Positions 49,482 to 59,094 of a DNA stretch of 64,000 bases are shown piece by piece (position 1 is the stretch's first letter; every line of letters begins with the position of its first letter). The stretch is from an uncultured Verrucomicrobiae bacterium (GTDB taxonomy: Bacteria > Verrucomicrobiota > Verrucomicrobiia > Chthoniobacterales > UBA10450), in NCBI GenBank assembly GCA_963735805.1, contig CAVTMK010000002.1:768001-832000 (forward strand), written 5' to 3'. The position numbers and the translations under genes are program-made. The notes under the pieces were generated by a model. The model ran no database searches. It was not told the DNA's origin and saw only the letters and a program-made list of their open reading frames with translations.

Positions 49482-51434
49482 TCAAATTTGAAATTCGCCT
49501 GATTGCTTCCGCAGCACCGACAACACAGCATCTGTGACCTCCTGCACGCTGATAGCCTTCATGCAACGGAAATCAATCGGGCATTCGCGGAGGAAACAAG
49601 GACTGCACTCCACGTGATGCCGCAGAACGATGTGAGTTTTACCGAGTGGGCCGGTGAGACGAGGTTCGGTTGAGCCGAAGATGGCGACCACTGGTACGCC
49701 TAACAATGCAGCGAGATGCATTGTGCCGGTATCGTTCGTAAGCAGCAAGCGGCATTCGCGCAGCTCGTCGATTAGTTGATCAAGCGTAGTCCGGCCAATC
49801 CGATTGACACATTGATCCCCGAGTTTGGCTGCAATCTGTTCGCCTACTGTGACGTCGCGTGTCGTTCCAAACAGAATCCATTGGACAGACGCTTGCTTGC
49901 TAATCCTTTCTGCCGCCTCGGCGAAGCGCTCAGGCAACCAGCGTTTCGCAGGGCCATATTCGGCACCCGGGCAAAGACCGATTTTGATCGGCTGCCCGTT
50001 GCTGGCGATTTCAAAGTCGGATGTTGAATGTTGAATGCCTGCCAAGGAACTATCGGAGTTGAATATGTCTGCGCCGCAGTCGCGCGCGATACGGAGGAAA
50101 CGGAGAGAATGATGCTCCGGCGGACCCGGTTTTCGCGGGATCGACACGATTTGGTTCAGTAGCCAGCGTCGCCAATGTCCGCGATAACCAACTCTTCGCG
50201 GAATTCCGGTCAGCCATAACTCCAAGGCAGCGCGCAGCGAACTCGGAAAAAGGATAGCCGCATCAATAGACGGTTCGCGCCGAAGTAATCGTACAACTGA
50301 AAAAAGCCGGTTCCTTTGGAGAGGAATTATCGCGTCTACTTCGGGAACCAGCCTCCATACCGCCGCAATCTCTTCCGGAGCGGCTATAATGACTCGAGCG
50401 TCGGGGCGCCCGGCCTTGATTGCGCGAACTGCGGGCGCACTCATTACGGCGTCGCCGAGCCAGTTGGTTGAACGAATCAGAATTTGGAATGGCTTTAGAT
50501 CTTGAGACGAAACTCCAGGGGCTAAATAGACGCCACGTTTATACTGCGTGAGGAGGAAGTTAGGCTGAGGTGTTTTCCATCGATTGTGCACCCAGAACCA
50601 ATCTTCCGGGGCGACCCGAATTTGCTGTTCGATAATCTGATTTATTTCTGAAGTGAGGGCCGCAATGGACGCGTCCGCCTTGGGCGGATCGAAGCGCTCG
50701 GTAAAAACCATGCGCCAGCGCGCCGGACCAGTTGTGTAAACACCTGCGGCGATCAGCGCGGCCCGAGTTCGTTTGGCAAGCAACGCCGGTAGAGGCGAAG
50801 TGGATGCCAGCCTTCCAAAGAACGGTGTCCACAATCCATGATCTCCAGCATGCTGGTCCGACAAAACACCAACGCCGCCGCCGGAACGCAGCAGATCGAT
50901 TACAGGTTGAAATCCCTGCTGGCGATCAAACAATTCCAATCCAGTTTCGCCGCGTGTCCGGCGCACATGCGCGTCAATAAAACGGTTCCCGAGCTTTTGA
51001 TAGACACTGGCGTTGCGCACATAACCAACGAACTTCGGCATTAATTGCGCGAACAACTCCCATGTTCCTAGATGACTCAAAACAAGCACTACGGGAACGC
51101 CGGCGCGAAATTCCCGGTCCATCGCCTCGATATTTTCGACCTCGACCCGCTGCAGAATTTTCTCTGGCGACATTGCGGTCAGCTTGGCGCTACAAATAAG
51201 GTTTGCACCGAGTCGCTGGAAATGATGCCTGGCAAGCCGTCGGATCTCTCGTGGGGACTTTTCATTGGCAAATGCAATGGCAATATTGCGTTCTGCGAGG
51301 TGGCGATATTTCCCGGAAACGAGCCAGGCACACAACCCAAGAAACTGTCCAATAGCAAAGAGCAGCCGCATCGGTAATGCGGCGGCAATTGCTAACCCGA
51401 CGCGATAGAAGAGGTAAACAACGAAAGCGAGCAT
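49482..51434 (-). CDS. waaF: fusion of lipid A acyltransferase (LpxL/HtrB-like) and heptosyltransferase II (WaaF, GT9)
   Basis: N-terminal 'SHLGTWE', 'SDQ' and 'WFWVHNRWK'. C-terminal 'NWLGDAVM', 'CPGAEYGPAKRW' and 'NDTGTMHLA'. Confidence 0.85.
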   Translation of the reverse strand: MLAFVVYLFYRVGLAIAAALPMRLLFAIGQFLGLCAWLVSGKYRHLAERNIAIAFANEKSPREIRRLARHHFQRLGANLICSAKLTAMSPEKILQRVEVENIEAMDREFRAGVPVVLVLSHLGTWELFAQLMPKFVGYVRNASVYQKLGNRFIDAHVRRTRGETGLELFDRQQGFQPVIDLLRSGGGVGVLSDQHAGDHGLWTPFFGRLASTSPLPALLAKRTRAALIAAGVYTTGPARWRMVFTERFDPPKADASIAALTSEINQIIEQQIRVAPEDWFWVHNRWKTPQPNFLLTQYKRGVYLAPGVSSQDLKPFQILIRSTNWLGDAVMSAPAVRAIKAGRPDARVIIAAPEEIAAVWRLVPEVDAIIPLQRNRLFSVVRLLRREPSIDAAILFPSSLRAALELWLTGIPRRVGYRGHWRRWLLNQIVSIPRKPGPPEHHSLRFLRIARDCGADIFNSDSSLAGIQHSTSDFEIASNGQPIKIGLCPGAEYGPAKRWLPERFAEAAERISKQASVQWILFGTTRDVTVGEQIAAKLGDQCVNRIGRTTLDQLIDELRECRLLLTNDTGTMHLAALLGVPVVAIFGSTEPRLTGPLGKTHIVLRHHVECSPCFLRECPIDFRCMKAISVQEVTDAVLSVLRKQSGEFQI

Positions 51435-51513
51435 TGCAGGAGAGGCGATATCGCAGCGTGGCGCGGCAGGGTAAATTTGCCTGCGGTTTGCTTCAACCAA
51501 TATAATATGGGCC

Positions 51514-53916
51514 GTGTTGCCATCACTTTCCCATTCTTCTAACCCCGATTTCGCGCGCACAATCGCGCGAAAGTTCGCTGATGGCCGGTTTCTTATTGTA
51601 GGCGCGAACTCTGAGGAGATTGAGCGCGAATTTGCTGATGCGAAAAGAGAAGCTGTTGCCTTGCGGTTTCCCGGCGACCTGACGGCGAAGCTGGGACACG
51701 GTGACGGCGCATCGCGCTTTGAGACCGCAGTTTGGTTTTATCCTTCCGGAGAAAATGATGATGAATGCACGGTGGAAGCGCTGTCGCATTCCGCGGCGAA
51801 CATTGTGCTTATCCCGGGTCTCGGAGTTGATGCTGCCAGCCGCCGTCCGAAACTCGTACAGCGTTTCGAGCGCTTCGGACTATTGCCTGATTACGAATGC
51901 GATTTCATCGAGTTGGATCCCGGGGTCATATGTCTTCGTCGTCAACCAGGCGCAGCGGCCGGAGCGCTAACGCCGGCAGTGGAGGCGGCTTTTTCCGCTC
52001 TTAGCAAGGCTTTCGGCGCCTTGAAACGATCACTTCAAGCCCGCACCTCTGAATTGGAGGCGGCCCAAGATCATATCGCCGTACTGGAAGAAAAATTACT
52101 CAAACTTAAGGAATATCGACGGGAATTGAAATTGCTGAAAGAACAGAGGCAAACCCTGCGCAAATCGCCCGAGCGCCGCGTGGGCCAGATATTACTGACG
52201 CCATATCGTCTTCCTGAAAAATTGGCGAAAAAGATTTGGAAGAAACTCTATCGACACGCAAGAGAAGGTCGAAGTCCCGTGGCGTCAAGCGAATATCAGA
52301 AGTGGTTCGAGAGGCATCGCGTGACTGCGCGTGACTTACGCCAAATGCGAAACGAATCGCGCGCGTTTGCTTTGAGGCCCCTGATTAGCGTAATCACCCC
52401 CGTATTCGACACGCCTTTGCAACGGCTTGAGGAAGCGATCGAATCCGTGCGCGCGCAAGCATACGAAAATTGGGAGCTCCTGGTAGTCGACGATGGATCG
52501 GGCGCCGCCGATTTGCTTCGTGCGCTGCCCGACCTGGCCGCCCGCGATCAGCGAATTACCCTAAAAAGCCTTGAAAAGCATGCAGGTATCTCGATGGCGT
52601 CGAATCAAGGGGTGGCACTCGCCCGGGGGGAGTGGGTCACTTTCCTCGATCATGATGACGTCATTGAGCCCGATGCGCTTTTCCAGATTGTGAAACTCTT
52701 GCAGACGCATCCCGACGCCGATGTGGTTTATTCCGACGAAGACAAGCTTGGCGAAGACGGTTTCGAGGCTCCTTTGTTTAAGCCAGATTGGTCGCCAGAC
52801 TTTTTCAGTTCTTACAATTATGTTGGCCATTTAACAGCAGTGCGCCGCGATCTAGTGCAAAATACCGGTGGCTTTCGGTCTCAATTCGATAGCGCGCAGG
52901 ATTATGACCTCTTCTTTCGCGTGACCGAGCAGGCCAGGGAAATTCATCATATCCCGCGGGTCCTGTATCATTGGCGGCGATCGGAAAACTCCAGTGCGAT
53001 CAGTGTTCGTCAAAAACCGCAACAGCTAGAGGCGTCGCGGCGTGCGATCGAAAATCATCTGAGCCGCAGCGGCGAGTCGGCTCATGTGGCCGTGGACTGG
53101 CGCACACACGCTTTCTATGTGAGGCGGGAGTTGCGGGAGGTTAAGAAAATTTCGCTCATCATTCGGAGTGGCGGTGACCTCAGTACGCTTAATCGATGTA
53201 TCGACAGCGTCACGAGCAGAACAAGTTATCCAAGTTATGAGATCGTGATCGTTCACGACAATACAGCTTTCGGTGGATCCGCTTTTCGGTCGCGTTTTCC
53301 ATGTCGTTCGCTGCGTTTCTCTGGAGCGGCCAATGACTCCGCATTAAGAAATTTCGCGGTGAAGCAAACAAGTGATCCTTGGATTCTTTTCTTGAATGAC
53401 ACGGTTGACCCTATTGAACCGGACTGGCTGACAATCATGGCCGAGCATATCCAGCGAGCAGAAGTTGGAGCCGTAGGCGCGCAACTGCTGAATTCCGATG
53501 GCACGCTCGAACAGGCGGGGATGGTTGTGGGCGGCGATAAGACTGTACAACCTGCTCGTTCTCCGGCGGAATCTCGTGGGGCGAATCGACAACTGCAGGT
53601 GACGCGCAACTGCAGCGTTGTTTCGAGCGCGTGTATGTCGACCCGGCGTGAAGTTTTTGAGCAAGCTGGCGGATTCGATGAAAGTCTGGAAGGCATGCTC
53701 GCCGATGTGGATTTTTGCTTTAAAATACGACGAGAGGGTTATCTGATTGTTTACACTCCATTCGCAAAACTTTGCTGGTCTGAAGCGCCACCAGATGAGA
53801 TCGACATGAAAGGCGAGGCCATTATACGTGAACGCTGGCCGGACGTTTTGCGAGGTGATCCCTATTACAATCCAAATCTTTCTCGCGAACGGGCTGATTT
53901 CTCGCTAGGAAAATAA
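51514..53916 (+). CDS. family 2 glycosyltransferase with coiled coil and tandem GT2 domains
   Basis: 'LISVITPVF', 'VDDGS', 'FLDHDD', 'YSDEDK', 'FKPDWSP', 'AQDYDL' and 'DPYYNPNL'. Confidence 0.88.
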   Translation: MLPSLSHSSNPDFARTIARKFADGRFLIVGANSEEIEREFADAKREAVALRFPGDLTAKLGHGDGASRFETAVWFYPSGENDDECTVEALSHSAANIVLIPGLGVDAASRRPKLVQRFERFGLLPDYECDFIELDPGVICLRRQPGAAAGALTPAVEAAFSALSKAFGALKRSLQARTSELEAAQDHIAVLEEKLLKLKEYRRELKLLKEQRQTLRKSPERRVGQILLTPYRLPEKLAKKIWKKLYRHAREGRSPVASSEYQKWFERHRVTARDLRQMRNESRAFALRPLISVITPVFDTPLQRLEEAIESVRAQAYENWELLVVDDGSGAADLLRALPDLAARDQRITLKSLEKHAGISMASNQGVALARGEWVTFLDHDDVIEPDALFQIVKLLQTHPDADVVYSDEDKLGEDGFEAPLFKPDWSPDFFSSYNYVGHLTAVRRDLVQNTGGFRSQFDSAQDYDLFFRVTEQAREIHHIPRVLYHWRRSENSSAISVRQKPQQLEASRRAIENHLSRSGESAHVAVDWRTHAFYVRRELREVKKISLIIRSGGDLSTLNRCIDSVTSRTSYPSYEIVIVHDNTAFGGSAFRSRFPCRSLRFSGAANDSALRNFAVKQTSDPWILFLNDTVDPIEPDWLTIMAEHIQRAEVGAVGAQLLNSDGTLEQAGMVVGGDKTVQPARSPAESRGANRQLQVTRNCSVVSSACMSTRREVFEQAGGFDESLEGMLADVDFCFKIRREGYLIVYTPFAKLCWSEAPPDEIDMKGEAIIRERWPDVLRGDPYYNPNLSRERADFSLGK

Positions 53917-53935
53917 AAACCGCTGAGTTCGCTGA

Positions 53936-54682
53936 ATGAGCAAGCACAAAGAAAATCTTTGGCAGGGTATCGACGTTGGTGCGCGAGACAGCCTAAGCAC
54001 CCGGGATTACCGTTCTGCATCCTTACCGCAGGAGTTTTCACAACGAGGCGTGGACGCGAGCGAGCTCGCCGCCGCGGATCGGAGCCAGCCCCAAATTAGA
54101 GAAGCCTGGATCCCGGGTGTGGAAATTTTTGCGCGAAAAATTCACCCGCAGCGGCACCGTGGCCTTTTTGGCGAGTTTGTGCGGCGCGACGAAGGTATTC
54201 TCGCGCAGATTGGCCTTTGGCCCACGCAATGGTCAGCCGCGCGGATGTTTTCGGGAACGGCAAAGGGTTTTCATGTGCATCCACCCGGTATTCCAGAAAA
54301 TAGTGACCCAGTGGATTGGTTGCGTCACTTGTATGTCGATGAGCCGGATAACTATTCAGCGCGGAGCTATGAAAGCGAACAATGGGACGTGATGTTTTTT
54401 ATTCAGGGGCAGGTCGAGATAATTCTATACGACATTCGCGCTGGACTACCGCGAAGGGTGATGCGCTTTTTTGTGGATGGCGACAATCATCGCGGCAATA
54501 ACAACGTGGGCGTCATAATTCCACCAGGTGTGGCGCACGCCATTCGCGTAGAAGGTACAGAAGACGTGGTCATGGTCTACGGGACTAGCACGGTTTTCCA
54601 CCCGGAATTCGAAGGACGGATTGCGAGCGAACTCGAGAATTCGGAGTTACCCGAATCCTGGCTGAAATTTCTTTCGCTTTAG
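53936..54682 (+). CDS. RmlC-like cupin (dTDP-4-dehydrorhamnose 3,5-epimerase family)
   Basis: 'RGLFGE', 'KGFHVH' and 'IIPPGVAHA'. Follows the GT2 gene. Confidence 0.7.
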   Translation: MSKHKENLWQGIDVGARDSLSTRDYRSASLPQEFSQRGVDASELAAADRSQPQIREAWIPGVEIFARKIHPQRHRGLFGEFVRRDEGILAQIGLWPTQWSAARMFSGTAKGFHVHPPGIPENSDPVDWLRHLYVDEPDNYSARSYESEQWDVMFFIQGQVEIILYDIRAGLPRRVMRFFVDGDNHRGNNNVGVIIPPGVAHAIRVEGTEDVVMVYGTSTVFHPEFEGRIASELENSELPESWLKFLSL

Positions 54683-54853
54683 GGGCGCCGGTGATTGCCG
54701 CGTTATTTCTTCCGGCGCTTGCCAGCCCGGCAGTTTTCAAAGTTTGGATGAATAGAATTTGAACCATAGAGCCGGCATCGGTACCAGATTTTTGTTTCAT
54801 TGGGCATCAAACGCTCGTAGAGGAAAACCAAGCTCTGAACAAAGCCAAAAGGT

Positions 54854-55312
54854 ATGGCGTTCTCAGTAATCATTATCCTCTACGTTTGTGTTGGGTTCTT
54901 GGCGGCCGCTGGATCGATGTGCATTTCGAAGAAATTGTTTTCTCCAAAAACAGAGCAGATTTTCTTCGCTCTGTTTCTCGTCGCAATCGCGGGATTTTAT
55001 CTGGCGTTCACTGCCTACTTCGGAGATCGAGGAGCGTGGAGACTCGAAACCGGCGGCGTGATTGTGTTCGCTGTCTTCGGTCTTCTCGGTATTCGAGTGC
55101 CAGTTGTGCTTATAATGGGTTACTTCTTACACGGAGTTTGGGATGTTCTTCACGAGATGCATGCTCATGGTGGGCCGGATCTGTTCGGAGTTCAGCAACC
55201 GACTAAGATTCCGTTGGCGTACGGCGCGTTTTGTGTGGCCTACGACTGGTCTATGGCGGCATATTTCTACACTCGGCGTGGTCAATGGCGTGCCGCTTGG
55301 GTTGGGCGATAG
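54854..55312 (+). CDS. hypothetical membrane protein
   Basis: Multiple TM helices with 'HGVWDVLH' and 'YGAFCVAYD'. Confidence 0.65.
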   Translation: MAFSVIIILYVCVGFLAAAGSMCISKKLFSPKTEQIFFALFLVAIAGFYLAFTAYFGDRGAWRLETGGVIVFAVFGLLGIRVPVVLIMGYFLHGVWDVLHEMHAHGGPDLFGVQQPTKIPLAYGAFCVAYDWSMAAYFYTRRGQWRAAWVGR

Positions 55313-55345
55313 CCCACTATGCGCGCTTCGGCGCCGCTAAAGTGA

Positions 55346-56035
55346 ATGAAGCGACGCTTCAACCCGGCTGTATTGGAGATGATGGATCGGCCGCAGCCGG
55401 TCTCTCCCGAGTTAGAGCGGGACCTGGAACGTATTCGGCAACTCAACCGCTGGTTCGGTAGCTATCGCCTTGTCTCGAGGTTTATGCGCCGCTGGATCAA
55501 ATCCGGCGCGCGAATGCACATTGTCGATCTCGCCACAGGCTCAGGCGACATACCGCGGTTAATCGTCGATTATGCGCGTAAAATCGGCGCACACGTTGCG
55601 ATCGACGCGATCGATCAACAAGCTGCGACGCTGGAAATCGCCAGGAAGCTGAGCGTCGACTATCCGGAAATTTCCTACCACGAAGCGAACATTCTGGAAT
55701 GGGATCCTGTCGAGCCGAGCGACATCGTTCTGTGCACGCTTGCGCTCCATCACTTCAGCGACGAAGACGCTGTGAAAGTCCTGCGGCGCTGCCGCGAATT
55801 GCGCCGAAAATTTGTTCTGGTGTCGGATTTGCGGCGCGGATTTCTCGTTCGTTTCGGTGTGCATTTTTTGACCACGCTGATTTTTCGTGAACCAATGACG
55901 CGTTACGATGCGCGTCTTTCCACCGAACGCGCCTTCTCATTTTCTGAAATGCGCGATCTCGCGGTGCGCTCTGGTTTACGGAATTTTGGGCACAAGAAAT
56001 TTCGCCTTGCGCGCCAGGCAATCTGGCTTGAATGA
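55346..56035 (+). CDS. class I SAM-dependent methyltransferase
   Basis: 'EMMD', 'VDLATGSGD', 'LALHHF' and 'SDLRR'. Confidence 0.85.
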   Translation: MKRRFNPAVLEMMDRPQPVSPELERDLERIRQLNRWFGSYRLVSRFMRRWIKSGARMHIVDLATGSGDIPRLIVDYARKIGAHVAIDAIDQQAATLEIARKLSVDYPEISYHEANILEWDPVEPSDIVLCTLALHHFSDEDAVKVLRRCRELRRKFVLVSDLRRGFLVRFGVHFLTTLIFREPMTRYDARLSTERAFSFSEMRDLAVRSGLRNFGHKKFRLARQAIWLE

Positions 56036-56139
56036 GGTTAACAAGCGATTCGCTTTGGTGCGGCGCGGGCGTGGGAAATCCTTGAGATTTGGCCCGTGAA
56101 AACGTGCTCAGATTAATCAAATAAGGAGGTGCGTAGTTT

Positions 56140-57534
56140 ATGCCGTTATTGAAACCAGACCCAACGTTTTATCCCTCGCCAAAACTGGCGATGCAGGCTC
56201 CTCCAGAAAAACATGCGTTCATCGCTGCGCTGAATCCGCCGGGCAGCAAACTTCACGACGCACTGCTGGTCGTCGATGTTGATCCCAAGTCGTCCACGTA
56301 CGGCCGGCGCGTGGGCGAAGTGAAGTTGCCAAACTTTGGCGATGAACTGCATCACTTTGGTTGGAATGCATGCAGCTCGGCGCTCTGTCCTTATGCGCCC
56401 CATCCACACGTCGAGCGACGCTATCTGGTTGTGCCCGGTATCCGCTCGTCGCGTATTCATATTATTGACACGAAGCCGGACCCGCGGAAACCGAAGATCG
56501 TCAAAGTGATCGAACCCGAGGAAGTTTTTGCGCGCACGAATTATTCGCGTCCGCACACGATTCACTGCGGACCGGAAGCCATTTACGTTAGTGCACTTGG
56601 AGATTCCAAGGGCGACGGCCCGGGCGGCATTTTCATGCTCGATTGCGAAACGTTCGAGGTTCTTGGGCAATGGGAAGTAAACCGCGGCCCGCAATTTTTA
56701 CATTATGATTTTTGGTGGCATCTCGGCTTTGACACGTTGCTTACCAGTGAATGGGGGACGCCGAAGATGATCGAGAACGGAGTTCAACCAGACCTGCTTC
56801 TTGGCGGCAAATACGGCCATCAAATGCATGTCTGGGATCTGCGTAGGCGACGACACCTTCAGACGCTCGACCTGGGCAGCGACCAGCAAATGGTTCTCGA
56901 GATGCGTCCCGCACACGATCCGACCAAAGCGTACGGTTTCGTCAGTGTGGTCGTTTCGCTCAAGGACTTGTCCGCCTCGATTTGGCTGTGGCATCGCGGC
57001 AACGGGGCGTGGGACGTGAAGAAAGTCATCGAAATTCCGGCCGAACCTGCCGAGCCGGACAGACTTCCGGCGTTACTTAAAGATTTTAAAGCGGTGCCGC
57101 CCCTCGTGACGGACATCAATTTGTCGCTGGACGACAAATTTCTTTATGTCTCCTGCTTTGGAACAGGCGAGTTCTTGCAATACGATGTGTCGGATCCGTT
57201 TAATCCGAAGAAGACCGGTTCCATGCGAATAGGTGGCATCGTCAATCGCACGCCGCATCCGAAGGATCCTAATCGGTCGCTAGCCGGTGGGCCGCAAATG
57301 GTGGAAGTGAGCCGTGATGGCAAACGCATTTATTTCACTAACTCACTGTATGCCGCGTGGGACGAGCAATTTTACCCGGACGGCGTAGGCAGTTGGATGG
57401 TCAAACTTGATGCTGCTCCTCAAGGCGGCATGACCTTGGACAAAGACTTTTTTGTCGAGAGCGACGATTATCGTGTTCATCAGATCCGCCTCGAGGGCGG
57501 CGATTCTTCCAGCGATTCGTTTTGTTTTCCGTGA
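56140..57534 (+). CDS. selenium-binding protein SBP56 family (putative methanethiol oxidase)
   Basis: 'GDELHHFGWNACSS', 'PHTIHC', 'YDFWW' and 'GGPQMVEVSRDGKRIYFTNSLY'. AAGGAGGT RBS upstream. Confidence 0.9.
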   Translation: MPLLKPDPTFYPSPKLAMQAPPEKHAFIAALNPPGSKLHDALLVVDVDPKSSTYGRRVGEVKLPNFGDELHHFGWNACSSALCPYAPHPHVERRYLVVPGIRSSRIHIIDTKPDPRKPKIVKVIEPEEVFARTNYSRPHTIHCGPEAIYVSALGDSKGDGPGGIFMLDCETFEVLGQWEVNRGPQFLHYDFWWHLGFDTLLTSEWGTPKMIENGVQPDLLLGGKYGHQMHVWDLRRRRHLQTLDLGSDQQMVLEMRPAHDPTKAYGFVSVVVSLKDLSASIWLWHRGNGAWDVKKVIEIPAEPAEPDRLPALLKDFKAVPPLVTDINLSLDDKFLYVSCFGTGEFLQYDVSDPFNPKKTGSMRIGGIVNRTPHPKDPNRSLAGGPQMVEVSRDGKRIYFTNSLYAAWDEQFYPDGVGSWMVKLDAAPQGGMTLDKDFFVESDDYRVHQIRLEGGDSSSDSFCFP

Positions 57535-58196
57535 GCGATCTCTGGCCGTGGCTCGTGGTCTTTGGGCTAGGCCTCTTTCACGGTGTCAATCCCGCCATGG
57601 GATGGTTGTTTGCCGTGGCGCTGGGGTTGCAGGAACAAAAACGCGCAGCAGTACTCCGCGCACTAGCGCCGATCGCGCTGGGTCACGCGCTTTCCATCGG
57701 CATTATCCTTGCCGCGGTCATTCTGGCCCGAATAAGCGTGCCGCACAGGACTCTAAAAATCGCCGCTGCCGCAATTTTGTTCGCTTTCGGATTGTACCGT
57801 TTGTTTCGGTCCCGTCATCCCAAATGGATCGGCATGCGCGTTGGTTTTGGCGATTTAACTCTGTGGTCTTTTATCATGGCATCAGCACATGGCGCCGGCC
57901 TGATGCTCGTCCCGTTATTTCTTGCGTCATCGCCCATGCCAGACGCCCACCACGTTGGTTCGCATGATGGCATTCACCACACTTTCGCATGGGGATTTGC
58001 AAATTTTAGTAGTACCTCTCTGCTGACGGCTTCCGTTGTGGTTCACACGCTGGGATATCTTTTAATGACGGCACTCGTTGCGATGCTGGTCTACGAAAAG
58101 TTCGGTGTTGGCATGCTACGGCACGCCTGGTTCAACGTCGATTTGATCTGGATGGTTGCATTGATGATAACAGGGGTACTCATCCTGCTCCTTTGA
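57531..58196 (+). CDS. His-containing membrane protein coupled to SBP56
   Basis: GTGA overlap with SBP56. 'FHGVNPAMGWLFAVA', 'GHA' and 'SAHGAGLM'. Confidence 0.7.
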   Translation: MSDLWPWLVVFGLGLFHGVNPAMGWLFAVALGLQEQKRAAVLRALAPIALGHALSIGIILAAVILARISVPHRTLKIAAAAILFAFGLYRLFRSRHPKWIGMRVGFGDLTLWSFIMASAHGAGLMLVPLFLASSPMPDAHHVGSHDGIHHTFAWGFANFSSTSLLTASVVVHTLGYLLMTALVAMLVYEKFGVGMLRHAWFNVDLIWMVALMITGVLILLL

Positions 58197-58266
58197 CCCC
58201 GCACTCCAGCGGCCAAAACAGATTCATGAATTCGCGTCTCGCAGACAATTGAGTGATGCTCATTGC

Positions 58267-59094
58267 GTGAAAGTTCTCACGACCGTCGCTGAGGCTCAGT
58301 CGTGTTTGGAAAACAAACCTCGAGTCCTTGTTCCAACCATGGGCGCACTGCATAAGGCGCATGGGGAAATGGTCCGCGTCGCGCGGGAACACGCTGGTAA
58401 CGATGGCGAGGTTGCGTTGAGTATATTCGTAAATCCGCTGCAGTTTGAACCCGGCAGCGATTACGATCGATATCCACGTTTGGAAAAAAAAGACGAAGAA
58501 TTCTGTCGGTACGTCGGAGTCGATCTTTTGTTTCGTCCCAGTGTTACGGAGATGTACGGCGTGGATCGGTCCGTGTTCGTCGAGGAGTCCTCTCTTTCAA
58601 GTACGCTAGAGGGCAAATCACGCCCCGGACATTTTCGCGGTGTTTGCACGGTTGTTGCGAAATTGTTCAATATTCTTTCACCGGACGCGGCTTTGTTTGG
58701 CGAGAAGGATTTTCAGCAACTGGTGATCGTCCGCCGTATGGTGCGTGACCTCAATTTCAAGACCAGGATAATTGCTGTGCCTACGATGCGCGAAGACGAC
58801 GGCCTGGCATGCAGTTCGCGCAATCAGTATCTGAATACGGAAGAACGCAAGCAGGCGACCGTTTTGCATAAGGCGCTGAGGGCCGCTACGACTGCCGGCG
58901 ACAAATCCGCGAGAGAAATCGTCGATCTTGTCCGTAAAGTCATCAGTGAAGCGCCACTTGCGCGGATCGACTATGTGGAGCTTGTGGATCTGGAAACTCT
59001 GCAACCCATTGAGAAAGGCAGACCCAGTTCATTGCTCACACTTGCTGTGGTCTTTGGGAAGACTCGCTTGATCGACAATATCCGATTGGGATGA
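58267..59094 (+). CDS. panC: pantoate--beta-alanine ligase
   Basis: 'VPTMGALH', 'SIFVNPLQF', 'RPGHFRGV', 'FGEKDFQQ' and 'RLIDN'. Confidence 0.95.
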   Translation: MKVLTTVAEAQSCLENKPRVLVPTMGALHKAHGEMVRVAREHAGNDGEVALSIFVNPLQFEPGSDYDRYPRLEKKDEEFCRYVGVDLLFRPSVTEMYGVDRSVFVEESSLSSTLEGKSRPGHFRGVCTVVAKLFNILSPDAALFGEKDFQQLVIVRRMVRDLNFKTRIIAVPTMREDDGLACSSRNQYLNTEERKQATVLHKALRAATTAGDKSAREIVDLVRKVISEAPLARIDYVELVDLETLQPIEKGRPSSLLTLAVVFGKTRLIDNIRLG

